Shown here: positions 11,956-23,914 of the stretch, piece by piece
How positions within the stretch are numbered: position 1 is the stretch's first letter
How the letters are laid out: every line of letters begins with the position of its first letter
DNA from: an uncultured Chloroflexia bacterium
GTDB lineage: Bacteria; Chloroflexota; Anaerolineae; CG2-30-64-16
Direction of reading: 5' to 3'
Assembly (NCBI GenBank): GCA_963810095.1
Contig: CAWEMM010000009.1
Location: forward strand, 320,001-384,000
Length of the DNA: 64,000 nucleotides
Position numbers and translations under genes: made by a program
The notes under the pieces: model-generated
The model's database searches: none
Told to the model about the DNA's origin: nothing
Seen by the model: only the letters and a program-made list of their open reading frames with translations

Positions 11956-12949
11956 ATGGCTATTCAGGACTACTCACCGGAGTTGTTGCTCCGACTTTAC
12001 CGGCAGATGCTATTGGTGCGCGAGTTTGAACTGCGCGCCATTGCCGAGCGTCGTGCAGGGCTGATCCCCGGCTTCATCCACAGCTGTGTAGGCCAGGAAG
12101 CCACGGCTGCGGGCGCATGCGCCGCGCTCGAACCGCACGACGTGATCGCCAGCACCCACCGCGGCCACGGTCACCTCGTCGCCAAGGGTGGCGAGCCGAA
12201 GTACATGATGGCCGAACTAGCCGCTCGCACCACCGGCTACTGCGGCGGCAAGGGCGGCTCACTCCACATGACCGATTTCAACCTTGGCATCCTGGGGGCG
12301 AACGGCATCGTCGGCGGCGGAATCCCCATCGCGGTCGGCGCCGGCCTGGCCTTCCAGCAGCGCCGCGAGCCCCGGGTGGCCCTCTCCTTCTTCGGCGACG
12401 GCGCGACCAACGAAGGCTCCTTTCACGAGGCGCTGAACCTGGCCGGGTTGTGGAAGCTGCCCGTGGTCTTCTTCTGCGAGAACAACCTCTACGGCGAGGG
12501 CACGCCCCAGAACAAGCAGGCGCCGGTAGCCGATCTTGCCATCCGGGCAAGCAGCTACGCGATGCCGGGCGTGACCGTGGACGGTAACGACGTGTTGGCG
12601 GTGTACGAGGCGACGAAGGTCGCAGCCGACCGCGCACGTTCCGGCGGGGGCCCCACGCTGGTCGAGGGCAAGACCTACCGCCAGCGCGGCCACTACGAAG
12701 GGGACCCGATGGTCTATCGCAGCAAGGCCGAAATGGACGAGTGGAAGGGCCGGGATCCCGTCGTCTCGTTCCGCCGGCGGCTGTTGAGCGAGGCCGGCAT
12801 CGGCGAGGGCGAGGTCATCGCGCTGGAAAAGGACGTCCAGGCGCTGCTCAACGAGGCAGTGGCGTTTGCGGCATCCAGCCCCAAGCCCGCAGCCCGAGAC
12901 GGCGCTTGCCGGCGTTTACGGCGACACGCACGACGGACTGGTCTTCTAG
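11956..12949 (+). CDS. TPP-dependent dehydrogenase E1 alpha (AcoA/PdhA-like; frameshift near C-terminus)
   Basis: GFIHSCVGQEA, STHRGHGH, GGSLH, FFGDGA...ENN, KTYRQRGHYEGDP. Confidence 0.92.
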
Positions 12950-13048
12950 TCCGAGCGGAGTCGAGGCTTCTTCCGGCAGACCGCCCACAAGCGCCGCTCC
13001 AATGTCAGCAGCGAAGGCGGCCGTTCCACCAGGGGGATAAGGGTAGAC

Positions 13049-14035
13049 ATGAGCATCATCACTTACAGTCAAGCCATCTATAACGCCATGCGCGAGGAAA
13101 TGGACCGCGACCCCAACGTCATCCTCATTGGCGAGGATGTGGGCACATTTGGCGGCGTCTGGGGGGTCTCGGGCGACCTGGTCAAGATCTACGGCGAGGA
13201 TCGCGTGCGCGACACCCCGATCAGCGAGGCGGCCATCGTGGGTGCGGGCCTGGGCGCGGCGATGGTCGGTATGCGTCCCATTGTCGAGATCATGTTCGGC
13301 GACTTCCTGCCTGTCGCAGGCGATCAGCTGGTTAACCAGTTGGCGAAGGCCCGCTACATGAGTGGCGGGAAGGCGAGCGTCCCTGTGACCGTCCGCGTTA
13401 CCACGGGTGCGCCCGGCTCGTCGGCCGCGCAGCACTCGCAGTCGCCTGAGGGCTGGTACATGAATGTACCCGGCCTGAAGATCGCGGTGCCCGCCACGCC
13501 CGCCGATGCGAAGGGCCTGCTCAAAACCGCGCTCCGCGGAGAGGACCCCGTCCTCTTCTTCGAGCACAAGATGCTGTACGCGGTGAAGGGAGAGGTCCCC
13601 GACGATCCGGACTTCATGGTGCCGTTCGGCCAGGCGCAGATCAGCCGGCCTGGCAAGCGACCTGACCATCGTGGCGATCGGCGGGATGCTGCCGAAGGCG
13701 CTCGAAGCCGCGGGGATTCTGGCAAACGAGGGCATCGACGCCGAAGTCGTCGACCCCCGCACGCTTGTGCCGCTCGACAAGGAGACGATCGTCGCGTCGG
13801 TCAAGAAGACCAGCAGCTGTTGATCGTTCACGAGGCGCACAAGCGGCTGGGACCGGGCGCAGAGATTGCCGCGATGATCGCGGAAGAGGCGATCGGCTAC
13901 CTGGACGGCCCGATTGTGCGGGTGGCCGCCAAGAACGTGCCCTTGCCCTACAGCCCGGATCTCGAGAACACGGTGCTGCCAAGCTGCGAGGATATCGTCG
14001 AGAAGGCGCGCGGGCTGGCGCGCGGCAAGCTGTAG
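13049..14035 (+). CDS. TPP-dependent dehydrogenase E1 beta (internal compensating frameshifts)
   Basis: [32 protein letters not shown]. Confidence 0.92.
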   Translation: MSIITYSQAIYNAMREEMDRDPNVILIGEDVGTFGGVWGVSGDLVKIYGEDRVRDTPISEAAIVGAGLGAAMVGMRPIVEIMFGDFLPVAGDQLVNQLAKARYMSGGKASVPVTVRVTTGAPGSSAAQHSQSPEGWYMNVPGLKIAVPATPADAKGLLKTALRGEDPVLFFEHKMLYAVKGEVPDDPDFMVPFGQAQISRPGKRPDHRGDRRDAAEGARSRGDSGKRGHRRRSRRPPHACAARQGDDRRVGQEDQQLLIVHEAHKRLGPGAEIAAMIAEEAIGYLDGPIVRVAAKNVPLPYSPDLENTVLPSCEDIVEKARGLARGKL

Positions 14036-14043
14036 GACGGCCG

Positions 14044-14076
14044 AGACCTCGGAGGTTTCAAGAACCTCCGAGATCT
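14044..14076. repeat. Palindromic repeat family A, copy 2
   Basis: AGACCTCGGAGGTT-TCAAG-AACCTCCGAGATCT. Confidence 0.8.
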
Positions 14077-14099
14077 GGTCCGCGCAAGGGAGCAATCGC

Positions 14100-15996
14100 A
14101 TGTCCAGAATGGCAGTCGTCGACCTGTCAACGGGCCGCATCACGATGAGCGAAACGCCGGCAGAACTGCTGCGCGACTACCTGGGAGGCCGCGGCCTCGG
14201 CGCCCGGCTGCTCTACGACCTGGTCGGTCCCGAGGTCGATCCGCTCGGTCCGGACAACTACCTGATCTTCACCGCCGCGCCGCTGGCCGGCACGCCCTGG
14301 CCGACTTCTGCGCGTATGCACGTCACCTTCAAGTCGCCGGCCACGGGCATCTATGGCTACGCCAACACGGGCGGGCCAGATCGTCGCGCGAGCTGCGCCA
14401 CGCGGGCTACGACGCGCTGCTCGTGACCGGCCGGGCGCCCGTAGCCGTCAGTCCTCCGGGTGGTCGACGACGAGATCACCATCGTCCCTGCGCCCGAGCT
14501 GTGGGGCCTGCAGACCGGCGCGGTGCACGATGCGCTGCTGGGCAGCGAGGGCAGCGCCGGCAAGGGACGCAACGGGTGTGTTGCCTGCATCGGTCCGGCC
14601 GGCGAGAACCTGGTCAAGATCGCCGCGATCATCAACGATCGCGGCCGGGCGGCGGCGCGCGGCGGGCCCGGCGCAGTGATGGGCAGCAAGAACCTGAAGG
14701 CGCTCCACGTCACGGCCACCAGCCGGCCGCCGACCAGCCCCGAGTTCCGCGAGGCCGCCAAAGAGACGGTCGGGAAGCTGCAAGGCCGATCCGCATCTCG
14801 ACGGTCTGCGCAAATGGGGCACGCTGGTGCTGATGGACTCGCAAGAACATCGGCGGCGATCAGCCGGCCAAGAACCACCAGTTCGTCCAGGTGCCCTACA
14901 TCAACAAAGTCAACGCCAAGGCGTTCGACCGCTACGTCGAGCAGCACCGGGGCTGCTATTCCTGCCCGATCCGCTGCAGCCGTGACTCGAAGGTCGCCGA
15001 AGGACCCTACCAGGTCGAAATGGAGGGCCCGGAGTACGAGACCACCAACGCCCTTGGCCCGATGTGTTGGGTCAGCGACCCTGAGGCCATCCTCTACGCC
15101 AACCGGCTGTGCAACGAGTACGGCCTGGATACCATCTCGACCGGCGTGACCGTCGCGTTTGCGCTGGAGCTGCGCGAGCGCGGGATCATCTGGCGACGAG
15201 CCGGACCTGGCGCTGGAATGGGGTAGCCCCGCGGCGCTGCACGGCTTGATCGAGCGGATCGCCCTGCGCCGCGGCATCGGCGACGTGCTTGCCGAGGGCA
15301 CGCGGCGGGCCGCGGAGATGATCGGCGGCGGCGCCGAGCGGTATGCGATGCAGGTCAAGGGGCTGGAACTGCCGCGCCAGGAGCCGCGCTTCGCCAAGGG
15401 CTTTGGCCTCGGCCACGCCACCTCGAACCGCGGCGCGGATCACCTTTACGGTATGCCGGCCATCGACCTGGCCGGCGCCTGGGATGTCGCGAACCGGCTG
15501 TTTGCCCCGGAGATCGTGCCCGAGCTGATGGATCCGGCCAACGAACGGTATAAGCCCGACATGGTCGTGTACGGCGAGCATTTCTGTGCGGTGACCGATA
15601 GCCTCGGCATCTGCAAGTTCAGCACGATCGAGGAGTGGGCGTTGTTCCCCGACGACCTGGCGCCCGGCGTGGCCGCGCTGTGGGGCCACCCGGTCACCGG
15701 CGCGGACCTGCTGGCCGTCGGCGAGCGGATCGTGAACCTGGAGCGCATGTACAACGTGCGCCAGGGCTTGTCGCGGGCAGACGACCAGTTGCCCAAGCGC
15801 TTCACGACCGAGCCCGCGCCCCTGTACGAGTATGAAGAGGACCCCGCGACCGGCCAGATGGTGCGCTCGGCCGAGCCCATCCGCGAGGGCCTGCTGCACG
15901 ACTTCGACGGGATGCTCGACCGGTACTACGATGCTGCGCGGCTGGACGCCCGATGGCAAGCCCACCGCGGAGACACTGAAGCGAGTCGGACTTTAG
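14100..15996 (+). CDS. Aldehyde:ferredoxin oxidoreductase (tungstopterin AOR family; several frameshifts)
   Basis: YLGGRGLG, KSPATG, CIGPAGEN, AARGGPGAVMGSKNLKA, CYSCPIRC, EGPEYET, GLDTIS, VKGLELP, TSNRGADH, DSLGICKF. Confidence 0.9.
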
Positions 15997-16091
15997 CGAC
16001 GTGTTTCGTTTACTTTTGATGTGATTTCTGATACACTTGCTCTCGGTGCATGCCAGCCAGGCACAGCGGCTATCACGTGCACGGGGGTGCG

Positions 16092-16348
16092 ATGATCACG
16101 GTCGACGTCCGTTTCTTTGGCAGGATGGAGCAGTTCACCCGGCAGGCTTCCGCCGGCAGTCCAGCGGGAACTCCCGCTGGTTCAGCTGCCCGACGGGCGC
16201 GCAGGTGAACGATCTGCTGCGCCTGCTGGGGATTCCGACGGTCGACGGGCGTCCGCTCGTCAGCGTAAATGGGTTCTACGAGCGGGATGACGCGGTGTTG
16301 TCGGATGGCGACCGCGTTCAGCTATTGCGAACCGTCGTCGGTGGGTAA
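16092..16348 (+). CDS. MoaD/ThiS-family sulfur carrier
   Basis: Short ubiquitin-like ORF ending DGDRVQLLRTVVGG*; directly follows the AOR gene. Confidence 0.8.
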
Positions 16349-16399
16349 CGTCCCCGTTGCTCGCATTCGGGCGGGGGACCTTGATGCAAGGATGAATCT

Positions 16400-17282
16400 A
16401 TGCCTAGATTCGACTACTTGAGAGCGCAATCCGTGGAGCATGCGTTAGAACTGCTCGCCGATCCCGCGCACGTCAGCCGGCCGCTTGCCGGAGGAACGGA
16501 CCTCCTGGTGCTGATCCGGCACCAGCAGCCGGTCTTCGACCGGGTGGTGGACCTGACGCGCGTGCCCGAGATGAAGGCCATCGAGCAGCGGCGGCGATGC
16601 GAGATCTACATCGGCGCGGCGGCCAGCTTCACCGACGCTGGCCGAGAGCGCCGTGCTGCAGCAGTTCGCACCGTGCCTGGTCGAGGCCGCGCTGACCGTA
16701 GGCGGACCGGCCATTCGCAATGCAGGCACCATCGGCGGCAATACGATCAACGCGGCGGCATGCGCCGACGGCGTGCCCTCGCTCGTGTGCCTCGATGCGG
16801 TGGCGCACCTGGCGAGCACGAGCGGAACGCGCTCGCTCCTGGTCAGCGACCTGGTGACCGGCGCGAACGGACCGCGGTCCGGCCCGGCGAGTTGCTCACC
16901 CATTTCACGTTTCCGCTGCCGCCGGCCGGCGCGCGGCAGGCTTTCACCAAGCTCGGCCGGCGCAACGCGCAGGCCATCTCCCGGCTCAGCATGGCCGCCG
17001 CCGGCCACCTGGACGAGCACGGCTGCGTCGATTATGTGCGCCTGGTGCCCGGCGCGGCGATGCCGACCCCGCGGCGCTTCCCAGAAGTGGAGAAGATGCT
17101 GCTGGGCCAGGCGCCGACCGACGACATTCTGGCCGCGGCCGGGCTGCAAGACCGCCGAGCTGATGCTCGAAGTCACCGGCCGCCGCTGGTCGACCGAGTA
17201 CAAGGAAGTCGCGATCCAGGCGCTGGCCGAGCGCACGTTGCGCCGGGTGCTGGTGGGTGAGGGAGAGGTGAACGTATGCTGA
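16400..17282 (+). CDS. Xanthine dehydrogenase family FAD-binding subunit (frameshifted)
   Basis: PLAGGTDLLV, IRNAGTIGGN, KLGRRNAQAIS. Confidence 0.88.
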
Positions 17283-17748
17283 TCGAGTTCACGGTGAACG
17301 GCCGCCCGGTCGCCGTCGAGGCGCCGCCAGATATCTCGCTGCTGACCCTGCTCCGCGACTACCTCGGCCTGACCGGCTCGAAGGAAGGCTGCTCGGTGGG
17401 CGAGTGCGGCGCGTGCTCCGTGATCATGGACGGCCGCCTGGTCAACAGCTGCCTGGTGCTGGCGCCGCAGGCCGGCGGGAGCGAGATCATCACGATCGAA
17501 GGCGTCCACGCGGACCGGACGGCGGCCCGAACGACATGCAGGAGAACTTCATCACATACGGCGCGGTCCAGTGCGGCATCTGCATCCCGGGGATGGTGAT
17601 GGCCGGAGAGGCGCTGTTGTTGCACAACCCGCAGCCAACCCGTGCCGAGATCCGCACCGCCCTTGCCGGCAATCTCTGCCGCTGCACCGGCTACCAGCAG
17701 ATCGTCGACGCCATCGAAGCGACCGCCGTCGGCCGGCGAACAGGCTAA
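17276..17748 (+). CDS. Xanthine dehydrogenase family [2Fe-2S] subunit (frameshift near 17515)
   Basis: GSKEGCSVGECGACSV...NSCL, QCGICIPG, GNLCRCTGY. Confidence 0.92.
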
Positions 17749-17816
17749 CACAAGAACGAAGACACGAAGGTCACGAAGTCTTCGACGTGCCCTGGGTGTC
17801 TTTGAGACTTTGTGGT
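17748..17816. repeat. Palindromic repeat family B (ACACAAAG/CACGAAG units ... CTTTGTGGT)
   Basis: Similar elements at 20212, 29655, 37934, 39835, 45409 and 55022. Confidence 0.7.
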
Positions 17817-17841
17817 CGTCAAACGTAACGGAGAGCGACAA

Positions 17842-20186
17842 ATGCCTGAGCTGCAATATATCGGCAAGCCCGCCCGCCGGGTCGACGCGCTGGATAAGGT
17901 GATGGGGCGGGCGAAGTACATCGGCGACCGCAAGCTGCCCGGCATGCTGCACGCCCGCTGCCTGCGCAGCGAGGTGCCGCATGCGCGGATCGTCAAGACC
18001 TCGACGTTCGGCCTGCGCTCGCCGTGCCCGGCGTTTGCGCCGTGATCACGAGCGAGGACTACTTCGAGCACGGGCTGTACGGCTTCCCGGTCAAAGACAA
18101 GTACATGCTGGCCTACCAGAAGGTGCGCTACGTCGGCGAGGCCATCGCCGCGGTCGCCGCGGAGACGCCCGAGGCTGCGCTGAAGGGCATCGAGGCGATC
18201 ATCTGCGAGCTGGAGCCGCTGCCCGGCCTGTTCGACCCGGAGCTCAGCCTGGCACCCGACGCGCCCCAGGTGGGCCCGGACCGGCCGGACGGCAAGCACC
18301 CGAATTTCCTGGACAACGCTGATCGTGCAGAAAAGGCGACTCCGCTGGCCGAGTGGGCGGCCTGCCCGGTCAAGCTGGAACAGCGCTATTCGGTCGTGCC
18401 GCAGGAGCACGCGTACATCGAGCCCGAGGGCGACGCTCGCCATCCCGACGCGCGAGGGCGGCGTGGTCGTCTACGCGCCGAACCAGAGCCCCTTCGTCAA
18501 CCAGTCGAACCTGGCGCTGGTGCTCGACCTGCCGTACAACCTCGTCCGCATCATCCAGCCGCCCGTAGGCGGTTCCTTCGGCGGCAAGGACGACCTGATC
18601 TACGAGACCTCTGCCCAGGTCGCCAAGCTGGCGCTCAAGGCCGGGCGGCCGGTCCGCATGATCTTCAGCCGCGAGGAGAGCCTGATCGCGAGCTACAAGC
18701 GCGATCCCGATGCGCATGAAGATCTGGCTCGGCGCGGACACCGACGGCACGCTGCGCGCCTGCAAGTTCGACGGGCTGCTGGACTCCGGCGCCTACGCGT
18801 CCGAGAGCCCCTTCACCGCCTGGCGCGCGAGCATCCACGCCATGGGCGCGTACCGCTATGACGCCTGCGATGTCGACATAACCTGCGTCTACACCAACAA
18901 CGGCTACTACGGCGCGTTCCGCGGCTTCGGCAACACGGAGGTCTGCTCGGCGATCGAGCAGGCGGTCGACGAGGTGGCCGAGGCCGTGGGCATGGACCCC
19001 ATGGACTTCCGCCTGAAGAACTGCCTGCGGGTGGGCGACGAGACGCCGCACGGGCAAACGCTGACCGAGTCGGTCGAGCGTGGCCGACTGCCTTGCCACC
19101 GTCCGCCGGCTGAGCGACTGGGACCGGAAGCGGGCCGCGTACGCCAACGCAGGCCGGCGACATCCGCCGCGGCATCGGCGTGGCCGCGCTCTTCCACGGC
19201 ACCTCGCTGGGCGCCGAGGGCCACGACTACGCGGGCAGCACCGATCGCCGTCGAGCAGAACTACTCGATCGACCTGACGTCCGGGCCTGACCGACTACGG
19301 CACCGGCTCGCGCACCGTCTTCACGCTCATCGCGGCCGAAGAACTGGGCGTGCATCCCGATCGCATCCACATGCAGCGGCCCGACACGGATACGGCGGTG
19401 GAGTCGGGCCCGACGGTGGCAAGCCGCTCGACCATGCTGGGCGGCAACGCGGCGCGCGTCGCGGCAACGCAACCTGCGCCAGACGCTCGACTACGCCGCA
19501 GCCGACCTGCTTGGCTGCGAGCTGTACCAGCTCGTCCGCCACGGCGAGGACTACGTCGGGCCCGAGCGAGGAGCCGGTTAGCTGGGAGCGGGTGGTGGAT
19601 CACGCCCGGGAGATGGGGCTGGCGCTGTCGGCGCAGGGCAAGTGGACCGCGCCGCACATCAACTGGGACCATCATGCCGGCCGCGGCACCCCGTACATGG
19701 CCTATCACTTCGCCGCTCAGGTGGCCGAAGTCGAGGTCGACACCCGGACGGGCAATGTGCAGGTGGTCGGCCTGTGGGCCGCGCACGATCCGGGCAAGGT
19801 GATCTTCCCGCAGGGCGCATACGGCCAGCTCTTCGGCGGCATCGCGCAGGGCCTCGGCTACGCGCTCATGGAGCAGATCACGTATACCGACGGCTATCTG
19901 CAGGAGACCAACTTCGAGTCCTACCTGATCCCGACGTCGGTCGACGTGCCCGAGCTGGTCGGGACGTTCGTCGAAGCGCCCTTCTCCAAGGGCCCGTACG
20001 GCGCCAAGAACATCGCCGAGCCGGCGATGGTCCCCACCGCGCCGGCCATCCTCAACGCGATCTACCATGCGACGGGCAAGCGCGTCCGCGACCTGCCCGC
20101 CAACCTGGAGCGCGTCCTGCTCGGGCCGCGACCTGGCAAAGGGCGGCTCGCCGAAGGCCTGCAAGCTGGGCCTGCACACGGCATAG
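17842..20186 (+). CDS. Xanthine dehydrogenase family molybdopterin-binding subunit (several frameshifts)
   Basis: RVDALDKVMG, QEHAYIEP, GGSFGGKDD, GAFRGFG, TVASRST, GQLFGGIAQGLG, GAKNIAEP. Confidence 0.9.
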
Positions 20187-20211
20187 CTGCAGCAGCAAGG
20201 CAGACGCTTCA

Positions 20212-20286
20212 CCGGAAGACCGAAGAACCAAAGCTGCACAAGCGCTTCAGGCTCTGTGCATCTCGACTCTTCGGTTCATTCGTGCG
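20212..20286. repeat. Palindromic repeat family B, degenerate copy
   Basis: CCGAAGAACCAAAG...CTCTTCGGTTCATTCGTG imperfect inverted repeat between genes. Confidence 0.5.
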
Positions 20287-20313
20287 AAGTCGCACACCCA
20301 CACAGGAGAAGGA

Positions 20314-21308
20314 ATGAACACCAAGCTCTTTCAGAAGGATTTCATCACCACCCCCGACTGGTCCGTCGAAGATCTGAACACGATGCTCGATCTCGCGTTC
20401 CGGCTCAAGGGCGACATGGCGACCGGCGTGGTCCACGACCACATCCTGCGCGCCAAGACGCTCTACATGCTGTTCTTCGAGGAATCGACGCGCACCCGCA
20501 ACTCGTTCGAGACCGGCATGACCCAGCTCGGCGGCCACGCGATCTGGCTGACGCCGAAGGCGACGCAGATCGGGCACGGCGAGAACGCGAAGGACACCGG
20601 CATCGTCCTGAGCAGCTACGGCCACGGCATCGCGATCCGCGACTGCCGCACGGGCATCGGCAACAAGTACCTGTACGAGATGGCCCAGTACGCGGATGCG
20701 CCCATCATCAACATGCAGGACGACGTGGACCATCCCTGCCAGGCGATGGCCGACCTGATGACGCTGATGGAGCTGTTCGGCCGCAACCTGCGCGGCAGCA
20801 AGTTCGTCATCTCCTGGACCTACGCGCCCAAGTACGTCCGCCCGCTCAGCGTGCCCCAGTCGCTGCTGTGGCTGATGCCGCGCTTCGGCATGGACGTGAC
20901 CCTGGCGTATCCGAAGGGCTACCACATGATGCCCGACGTGATGGAGAAGGCGTGCCAGTTCGCCGACCAGGCCGGCACGAAGATCACCGAGACCAACGAC
21001 ATGGACGAGGCGTTCGAGGACGCCGACTTCCTCTATCCCAAGTCGTGGGGCCCGATCATGGTCACCGAGGACGAGCCCGAGGTCGAGGCGATGGCCGCGC
21101 AGAACGTCGAGCTGGCGGGTGACCAGCGAGAAGATGGCGCTGGCGAAGAAGCACGCGGTGTACATGCACTGCATGCCCATCGACCGCCACCACGAGGCCG
21201 ACGACGACGTGATCGACGGCCCGCAGTCGATCATCTACAAGCAGGCCGAGAACCGCCTGCACATCCAGAAGGCGCTGCATGGCGCTCGTCATGGGCGGCC
21301 GGGCGTAA
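20314..21308 (+). CDS. YgeW-like (knotted) carbamoyltransferase
   Basis: STRTR, HPCQ and HCMP carbamoyltransferase motifs plus YgeW-type SWTYAPKYVRPLSVPQ and YPKSW. Confidence 0.85.
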
Positions 21309-21394
21309 CGACGTGACTCGCCAGGCGACACTGGTGACCGGTCGCGCTCACGCTGCTCGAGATCTCCGTGACTGGTGAAAACTGGAGGGCAGCG

Positions 21395-22438
21395 ATGGCT
21401 CCACATCCCACCCTGTGGATCACCCACCGCGGCGAGCGGCACCAGCAGGCCGCGCTGAACAGCGCGCCGCCCGAACTCGCGGTCACCATGCGCCGTTCGC
21501 CCTCGAAGGAGGAAATCCTCGAGCCTGCTGCCGGGCATGGAGTTCCTGGTCAGCGAGCGGACGGGCGTGATCGACGCCGACATGATCGCCGCGGGCAAGA
21601 ACCTGCGCCTGATCCAGCGGCTCGGCTCGCAGACCTACGACATCGACCTCGCCGGCGGCACAGGCCGCGGGCATCCCGGTCTGCTATGCGCCGGTGCTCG
21701 GCTGCATCATGGTGGCCGAGCACATGCTCATGCAGATCCTGGCGCTCGCCAAGCGCACGCGCGAGCTGATGGTCGTGGTCCAGGAGGCGAAACGACTTCG
21801 GCTATCCGCCGCGGCGCTGCGACGAGGACTACTTCGCCTACAACTGGTCGGGCTACCGGGGCGTGATGGGGCTGTGGGGCAGCACGATCGGCATCCTGGG
21901 CATGGGTGAGATCGGGAGCGAGCTCGCGCGGCTGCTGCGGCCGTTCGGCTGCACCGTGCTGTACAACAAGCGCAACCGGCTGCCCGAGGGCGCCGAGGCC
22001 GAGCTGGGCGTGCAGTTCGCGACCGTGGACGAGATGCTCGCCGCCAGCGACGTGATTTGCATGCTGCATGCCCTTCTTCCCCGAGACGGAGCAGAGCCTG
22101 AGCGCGGCGTTCTTCGCGGCGATGAAGCCCGGCAGCCTCTTCGTGAGCTGCGGCGGCAGCGGGGTGGTCGACGAGGACGCGCTGGCGGCAGCGCTCCGTT
22201 CGGGTCACCTGGCCGGCGCCGCGCTCGACACGTACACCTTCGAGCCGGTCGCGCTCGACGATCCGCATGCGGGCGCTGGCCGCCGACCCGCGGGCCAATG
22301 TCATCCTGACGCCCGCACACCGCGGCCGGCACCGGCCCGATCGCGTCCGATCCAGCCGACGCGCCGAGCGGGCCGAGGACTACGCCAACATCCTCCGCTG
22401 CCTGCGCGGCGAGCCGTCTGGCGGGGCGCCTGGTATAG
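21395..22438 (+). CDS. D-2-hydroxyacid dehydrogenase-like protein #1 (frameshifted)
   Basis: GILGMGEIG Rossmann motif, [21 protein letters not shown]; paralog of 55100-56125. Confidence 0.82.
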
Positions 22439-22470
22439 GCCAGCATCGGAACTGTCGGAGGTCTGAGCCC

Positions 22471-23836
22471 ATGGGGACGATCCTGATCGAAAACGGCGCG
22501 GTCGATCACCGTCGACGACGCGCCGACGTGTCTTCGACCCCGGCTACGTGCTGCTGCGGGAGACCGTATCGCGGCAGTGGGCGCCGGCGCCGCGCCCGAC
22601 GACGTTCGCGCGGCAGGCGGACGAGGTCATCGACGCGTCGCTGATGGCCGTCATGCCCGGCATGGTCAACGCGCACACGCACCTGTTCCAGACCTTCATC
22701 CGCGGGCTGGCCGACGACAAGCCGCTGCTCGACTGGCTGAAGGCCGCGATCTGGCCGGTCGCCAGCTGCCTGACGGAGGAGGACGCGTACCTGGCGGCGA
22801 TGCTCGGCCTGGTCGAGAACATCCGGGGCGGCGCGACGAGCGTCATCGACCACCAGTACATCCACACCGAGCCGGGCAACGACGACGGCGTGTTTCGAGC
22901 CGCGGAGCAAAGCGGCGTTCGCTTCCTCAACGCCCGCGGCTGGGCCGACATGAACTACCACCCGGCGCTTCATGGAGACGCCCGACCGGATCGTGGCCGA
23001 GATGGCGCGGCTGCACGAGCGCTGGCACGGCGCAGGCGGGCGGCCGTCTGCGGCTCGAGTTCGGCCCGCTGATCCCCTGGGGCTGCTCCGATGCGACGAT
23101 GCGGCGCACGCGCGGCCTGGCGGCCGAGTGGGGCGTGGGCACGCACATCCACGTCGCCGAAACGCGCGCCGAGATCGACATGGAGCTCGCGTCGCGCGGG
23201 ATGCGCCACGTCGAGTGGCTGGACTCGATCGGCGCGCTTGGGGCCCGACGTGCAGCTGGTCCACAGCGTTTGGCTGAGCGACCACGAGATCGACCTGGTC
23301 GAGCAGATCGGGCGCGGTGGTCGTCCACTGCCCGGTCTCGAACATGTACCTGGCGTCGGGCGTCGCGCGTGTGCCCGAGATGCACCGGCGGGGCATTCCG
23401 GTTGCTCTGGCGACGGACGGACCCGGCAGCAACAACAGCCAGGACATGCTGGAAGTGCTGAAGGCCACCTGTCTCCTGCACAAGGTCAGCTCGCTCGACG
23501 CGATGATCCTGCTGCCCGAGGACGCGTTGTGGATGGCCTGCCGGGGCGGAGCGGCGCGCGTTCGGCCAGCCCGGCCTGATCGGCTCGCTGGAACCGGGCA
23601 AGAAGGCCGACGTCGTGCTGGTCGACCTCAACACGCCGCTCGCGATGCCGGTGCACAAGCCTGTTTCCGCGCTCGTCTACAACCTCGCGGCGCGCGACGT
23701 GGACACGGTGATCGTGGATGGCAAGGTGCTGATGCGCGGCAAGCGCGTCCTGTGCGTCGACGAGACCGCACTGCTGGCCGAAGCCCGCCGTTCGTGTGCG
23801 CGGTTATTCGAGCGAGCCGGAGTGGCAGTCAATTAG
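22471..23836 (+). CDS. Amidohydrolase, COG0402 family #2 (frameshifted)
   Basis: PGMVNAHTHLFQT, HIHVAET, HCPVSNMYLASG, ATDGPGSNNSQD. Confidence 0.87.
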
Positions 23837-23848
23837 GCAAAGCGCGTC

Positions 23849-23880
23849 GACCTTTGGGGTTTCCAAAAACCCCGAAGGTC
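23849..23880. repeat. Palindromic repeat family A, copy 3
   Basis: GACCTTTGGGGTTT-CCAA-AAACCCCGAAGGTC. Confidence 0.75.
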
Positions 23881-23914
23881 CTGAAATCCACGTGAACGGC
23901 GTTTTGGAGAAGCG

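Noticed and set aside
19642-20313. N-terminal extension of the carbamoyltransferase (578-aa ORF)
   Set aside because: Alternative frame overlapping the XDH gene and a repeat. The real start is the ATG at 20314 with an AGGAG-like RBS.
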